This document shows positions 59,684-64,000 of a stretch of 64,000 nt of DNA, in pieces. The notes below the pieces were generated by a model. That model did not search any database. It saw nothing but the letters and a program-made list of their open reading frames with translations, and was not told where the DNA came from. The first letter of the stretch is position 1; the number at the start of each line of letters is the position of its first letter. The position numbers and the translations under genes were made by a program. Source of the DNA: Candidatus Limnocylindria bacterium (GTDB taxonomy: Bacteria; Chloroflexota; Limnocylindria; Limnocylindrales; CSP1-4); NCBI GenBank assembly GCA_035513775.1, contig DATKBR010000078.1, forward strand, positions 3,551-67,550, given 5' to 3'.

Positions 59684-60967
59684 ATGGCTACAATCCCGCA
59701 AATGCCTAGCCCCGACCTTGCGCGGCGTGCCGTCGTGACCGGCATGGGCGCGGTGACCCCGATCGGCAACGACGTCGAGACATATTGGTCGAACCTGCTC
59801 GCCGGGAAGCCCGGCGGGGGGCCGATCACGTCCTTCGACACGACGGGCTACGACGTGAAGATCGCGGCCGAGGTGAAGGACTTCGACCCGCACGTGGCGA
59901 TGGATCGGAAGATGGTCCGCCGGATGAGCCGGTTCGTCCACTTCGGCGTTGCTGCCGCCACGGAGGCCGTGGCCCGGTCCGGGCTGGACTTCGAGGGCCT
60001 GTCGCCGGAGCAGCGCGATCGCGCGGCCGTGGTCATCAACACCGGCGGTGGCGGCATAGAGCAGGTCATCGACGGCGCGGACACGATCCGGGACAAGGGT
60101 CCGGGGCAGGTCAGCCCATTCTCGGTCCCGGCACTGTCCGGGAGCATGGCCGCGGCGCAGGTCTCGATGAAGTACGGGATCACGGGACCTGTGATGACCC
60201 AGGTCGCGGCGTGCGCCTCGGGTGTCATCGCCTACCAGGACGCGCTGCGTCTGATCGGCTCGGGCGAATGCGACATCGTCCTTGCCGGCGGCTCGGAGGC
60301 GCCACTCCTCGCGATGGCCTTCGCCGCCCTCTCCAACATGACCGCGCTGTCGAAGCGCAACGATGATCCCGAGGGCGCCTCGCGCCCCTTCGACCGGACG
60401 CGCGATGGCTTCGTCTTCGGCGAGGGGGCCGGCGTGTTCGTCGTCGAGTCGGCGGAGCACGCGCTCGCGCGCGGCGCGACGATCCTGGCCGAGATCGTGG
60501 GTGCGTCGCTCACCGCGGACGCGTACCACATCTCCGCCCCGGAGCCGACCGGGCGGGGCGCATCGATGGCGATGACGAAGGCGCTGCGCCAGGCGGGCCT
60601 CGCGCCCAACGAGATCGACCACGTGGTCGCCCACGGCACGTCCACGCCTCTCAACGACGTGACCGAGACCCGCGCGATCAAGGGCGCGTTCGGCGACTAC
60701 GCCTACAAGGTGCCGGTCTCGTCACCCAAGTCGATGGTCGGCCACACGCTGGGAGCCGCGGGGGCGCTGTCGGCGATCGCGGCCGTTGGCGCGATTCGCG
60801 ACGGCTGGGTGGCGCCGACGATCAACTACCGGGAGCCCGACCCGGACTGCGACCTGGACTACGTACCGAACGTGAAGCGCCAGGTGCGCGTCGACGCCGC
60901 GATGATCAACGGCTTTGGCTTCGGCGGCCAGAACGCGGTCGCCATCTTCAAGCGCTTCCAGGCCTGA
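59684..60967 (+). CDS. Beta-ketoacyl-ACP synthase II (KasB/FabF-like paralogue)
   Basis: AACASG, HGTSTPLND and GHTLGAAG. Starts 13 nt after the preceding KAS. Confidence 0.9.
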   Translation: MATIPQMPSPDLARRAVVTGMGAVTPIGNDVETYWSNLLAGKPGGGPITSFDTTGYDVKIAAEVKDFDPHVAMDRKMVRRMSRFVHFGVAAATEAVARSGLDFEGLSPEQRDRAAVVINTGGGGIEQVIDGADTIRDKGPGQVSPFSVPALSGSMAAAQVSMKYGITGPVMTQVAACASGVIAYQDALRLIGSGECDIVLAGGSEAPLLAMAFAALSNMTALSKRNDDPEGASRPFDRTRDGFVFGEGAGVFVVESAEHALARGATILAEIVGASLTADAYHISAPEPTGRGASMAMTKALRQAGLAPNEIDHVVAHGTSTPLNDVTETRAIKGAFGDYAYKVPVSSPKSMVGHTLGAAGALSAIAAVGAIRDGWVAPTINYREPDPDCDLDYVPNVKRQVRVDAAMINGFGFGGQNAVAIFKRFQA

Positions 60968-61000
60968 CCGGAGGCTGGCCCGGGCGGCGGGGCCGGGCCC

Positions 61001-61495
61001 CTAGAACGACCGTCCTTCGAACGCCTCCATGGCGACTCGCCAGTCGTCGGGCACCGGGATCGGGCATTCCTCGCGATAGTCGTAGGCCACGAGCGTCGAA
61101 TCGGCCGTGGCGATGAGGCGCGCGGGGCCATACCGGCTCTCGGGCGCCGTGATCCGGTGGACCATGCCGAAGCTGGTCCGCCCGATGCGCTCGACCCGGC
61201 TTTCGACCGTCAGCGTCTCGCCGTAGAACGCCGGGCTGCGGTAGGCCATCCGGATCTCGGCGAGGATCATGCCCTCCTCGGCTCCGTGGGCGCCGATCGG
61301 CAGGGCATTGCCGGTCACCGTCTCGTAGTACACGACGCGGGCGATCTCGACGTACGTGAGATAGCGCGCGTTGTTGACGTGGCCCATGGCGTCCGTGTCG
61401 GACAGCCGGACCTCGACGCCGCAGCGATGGGCGAAGTCGCCGGGCAGGTCACGAGGGTCCACCGGGACGTCGAAGCGAGAGCGAGATTCGGGCAT
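61001..61495 (-). CDS. Hotdog-fold acyl-CoA thioesterase (4HBT/YbgC-like)
   Basis: DAMGHVNNARYLTYVE motif typical of the 4HBT family. Confidence 0.75.
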   Translation of the reverse strand: MPESRSRFDVPVDPRDLPGDFAHRCGVEVRLSDTDAMGHVNNARYLTYVEIARVVYYETVTGNALPIGAHGAEEGMILAEIRMAYRSPAFYGETLTVESRVERIGRTSFGMVHRITAPESRYGPARLIATADSTLVAYDYREECPIPVPDDWRVAMEAFEGRSF

Positions 61496-61515
61496 GTGCG
61501 GACTCTAGGGCCGGA

Positions 61516-62751
61516 TCACAGTCGGCGCAGCGGGGGCACGAAGGCGAACCCCGCGATGATGATCAGCCCGTAGGCCAGCCCGCCGATGCTCAGGGCCGTC
61601 GCGGACCCGAGGCCGGTTGCGAGCGCGCCCATGAGCAGCCCACCGACCGGCATCAGCCCGAGGAGCACGAGCGTGTACAGGCTCATCATTCGGCCCCGCA
61701 GCCGGTCCGGGACGATGGTCTGGATGATCGTGTTCGACGACGCATTGAACGTGACCATGCCCCAGCCGGCGACGACGAAGCACAGCAGAGTGACCGGGTA
61801 GGAGTTCGTCAGCCCAACCGCGGCGAGGCCCCCGCCGAGGGCAACGCCCGCGCCCAGGAGCGCGCGCCGGCGCTCCGTCCGATCGGAGGTGGCGGCAAGG
61901 CCGATGCCCCCGACCACGGCGCCGGCGCCCGTCGCGGCGAGGAGCACGCCGAAGCCCTCGGCGCCCTGGCCGAGGTCCTGCGCCAGCGTCGGCCCGAGGA
62001 TGAGGTGGCCGGACGCGAAGATCGTTTGGGCTGCAAGGAGCCCCAGGAGCGCCGCGACCCGCGGCTCACCGCGCAGGTAGCGCACGGCCTCCGGAATGGC
62101 GGTGCGCGCGCCGATTCCCAGCCGTGGAACGTGAACCCGACCGATAATGAACAGCCCGATCAGCACGGGCACGTAGCTGATCGCGTTGATGCCGAACGCC
62201 CAGCCCGGGCCGACGAGTGCGACGAGGATCCCGGCCAGGGCCGGCCCGATGACGCGTGCCGAGTTGAAGAGCAGGGAGTTGAGGGCGATCGCATTGGCGA
62301 GGTCGCGCTTGCCGATGAGCTCGTAGACGAAGCTCTGCCGGGCGGGCATCTCGAAGGCGTTCGTCACGCCGAGCACCACCGCGAGCAACAGCACCGTCGG
62401 GACGTCGATCGTGCCGAGGATCGTCAGGATCGCGAGCGCCGCCGACGCGATGGTTGCGACGACGGTCGTGACGATGATGATCAGGCGCCGGTCGAAGCGA
62501 TCCGCCACGATCCCGGCCGGGACGACCAGGATCAGGACCGGCACGGCGCGTGCGGCCGCGGCGACGCCGAGGATGAACGGCGACCCGGTGAGCAGCAGGA
62601 TCAGCCAGCCCTGGGCGACGGTCTGCATCCACGTGCCCGTGACCGACACCAGCTGGCCCAGCCAGAAGATGCGAAAGTCACGCTGCCGGAACGCCACGAA
62701 GGTATGGCGCAGCCGGTCGGCGCGCCCGTCGGCGGGCATGGCAGTCGACAC
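61516..62751 (-). CDS. MFS transporter
   Basis: 12 predicted TM helices and MFS motifs (VADRFDRR). Confidence 0.8.
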   Translation of the reverse strand: MSTAMPADGRADRLRHTFVAFRQRDFRIFWLGQLVSVTGTWMQTVAQGWLILLLTGSPFILGVAAAARAVPVLILVVPAGIVADRFDRRLIIIVTTVVATIASAALAILTILGTIDVPTVLLLAVVLGVTNAFEMPARQSFVYELIGKRDLANAIALNSLLFNSARVIGPALAGILVALVGPGWAFGINAISYVPVLIGLFIIGRVHVPRLGIGARTAIPEAVRYLRGEPRVAALLGLLAAQTIFASGHLILGPTLAQDLGQGAEGFGVLLAATGAGAVVGGIGLAATSDRTERRRALLGAGVALGGGLAAVGLTNSYPVTLLCFVVAGWGMVTFNASSNTIIQTIVPDRLRGRMMSLYTLVLLGLMPVGGLLMGALATGLGSATALSIGGLAYGLIIIAGFAFVPPLRRL

Positions 62752-62799
62752 GGCTGCAGTGTAGGAAGGGGCAGCCCCGCCGACGTGGCGGGTACCTGC

Positions 62800-64000
62800 T
62801 CAGATCGGCGGCATCGGCGCCTGGTATCGCCGGAGGCGCAGCGCGTTGGTCACGACCGTGACGGAGCTCAGGGCCATGGCAGCCGCGGCGAGGATCGGGT
62901 CGAGGAGGATCCCGGCGACCGGGTAGAGCACGCCCATGGCCACGGGGATCAGGACGACGTTGTAGGCGAACGCCCAGAACAGGTTCTGCCGGATGTTGCG
63001 CATAGTCGCGCCGGACAGGCCGATCGCGGTCACGAGCGCGCGCAGGTCGCCCGACATGAGCGTGACACCCGCCGACTCCATCGCGACGTCGGTGCCCGTG
63101 CCCATGGCGATGCCCACGTCCGCGGCCGCCAGCGCGGGCGCGTCGTTGATGCCGTCGCCGACCATGGCCACGGAGCGGCCGCTCGCCTGGAGCGCGCGGA
63201 CCGCCGCCGCCTTGGCCTCGGGCCGCACGTCCGCGAGGACGTGATCGATGCCGGCCGAGCGAGCAATCGCCTCCGCCGTGCGCTGGTTGTCGCCGGTCAG
63301 GATCGCGACGCGAAGGCCCAGCGCACGGAGCGCGGCGACGGCCGCCGCAGAGCCCGGCTTGAGGGTGTCCGCGATCGCGACCACTGCCGAGGCTCGACCA
63401 TCGATGGCGACGAAGACCGGCGTCTTGCCGTCTGCGGCGAGCTCGTCGGCACGCGCGGACAGGGCGGCCACGTCGACGCCGGCTGCCTCCAGGAAGCCCG
63501 GCCGGCCGACCATCACTTCGTGGCCGGCAACGCGCGCCGTCACTCCGCCGCCTGGCGTTGCCTCGAAATCGGTTGCGTCCGGGAGCGTCAGCGACCGCGC
63601 CTCGACCGCGTCGCGCACGATCGCATCGGCCAGCGGATGCTCGGAGCCGCGCTCGGCGGCCGCAACAAGTGCCAGCAGGTCATCCTCGGCGGGTGCGCCC
63701 TCGGCGCGAATGACGTCGGTCACCCGCGGCTTGCCCTCGGTGAGGGTGCCCGTCTTGTCGAGGACGACCTCGTGAACGCCGTTGAGCCGCTCGAGCGCCT
63801 CAGCGTTGCGGAACAGGACGCCCGCCTCGGCTCCCTTGCCGGTACCGACCATGATCGACATCGGCGTCGCGAGCCCAAGCGCGCAGGGGCAGGCGATGAT
63901 CAGGACACCGACCGTGTTGAGCAGCGCCAGGTTGAAGGCCGGCGCCGGGCCTGCGAGGAGCCATACCACGAAGGTGAGCGTCGCGAGCACCAGGACGGCC
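62800..64000 (-). CDS. Heavy-metal (Cu+-type) translocating P-type ATPase, 3' portion (gene continues past the window end)
   Basis: CPC metal-binding TM motif ([12 protein letters not shown]), DKTGTLT phosphorylation site, [10 protein letters not shown] hinge. Stop at 62800-62802. Confidence 0.85.
   Translation of the reverse strand, partial: AVLVLATLTFVVWLLAGPAPAFNLALLNTVGVLIIACPCALGLATPMSIMVGTGKGAEAGVLFRNAEALERLNGVHEVVLDKTGTLTEGKPRVTDVIRAEGAPAEDDLLALVAAAERGSEHPLADAIVRDAVEARSLTLPDATDFEATPGGGVTARVAGHEVMVGRPGFLEAAGVDVAALSARADELAADGKTPVFVAIDGRASAVVAIADTLKPGSAAAVAALRALGLRVAILTGDNQRTAEAIARSAGIDHVLADVRPEAKAAAVRALQASGRSVAMVGDGINDAPALAAADVGIAMGTGTDVAMESAGVTLMSGDLRALVTAIGLSGATMRNIRQNLFWAFAYNVVLIPVAMGVLYPVAGILLDPILAAAAMALSSVTVVTNALRLRRYQAPMPPI

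Overview
High-GC (~70%) chromosomal window, actinobacterial-like, densely coded. Both strands are filled with long shadow ORFs, which are codon-bias artefacts. I call about 58 features. The core is a ~13 kb minus-strand branched-chain amino-acid supra-operon: ilvB-ilvN-ilvC-leuA-leuB-cimA, then a standalone LeuA-type regulatory-domain ORF, pheA, an ALDH and an ALS-like TPP enzyme, with four overlapping stop/start junctions. It is preceded by a leader-peptide plus intrinsic-terminator attenuator. leuCD and ilvD lie on the plus strand. Other content: a 1228-aa three-domain protein (Cas4-like Fe-S PD-(D/E)xK nuclease, DEDD-like region, SF1 helicase); a cluster of small stress-type proteins (GlsB/YmgE, DUF883-like, CsbD-like, Zn-ribbon membrane protein, Cys/His-rich peptide) next to a topoisomerase IB; an orphan OmpR/KdpE-like response regulator; a moaD-moaE pair coupled to an O-methyltransferase; a GGDEF-EAL protein; a Kelch lipoprotein; a class A PBP; a glycogen-debranching-type enzyme; a cNMP-binding pair; an ilvD-GNAT-peptide-M20-cupredoxin coupled chain; a MarR-fabD-kasA-kasB locus; an MFS transporter; and a partial Cu-type P-type ATPase. 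No tRNA, rRNA, CRISPR array or obvious mobile element was found. The most interesting leads are the standalone LeuA allosteric-domain ORF coupled to cimA, the ilvB attenuator, the nuclease-helicase, a recurring TTGCAAC/CAACTG motif in several promoter regions, and two unusually long non-coding stretches (8509-9290 and 15234-15756) carrying perfect tandem duplications and hairpins.
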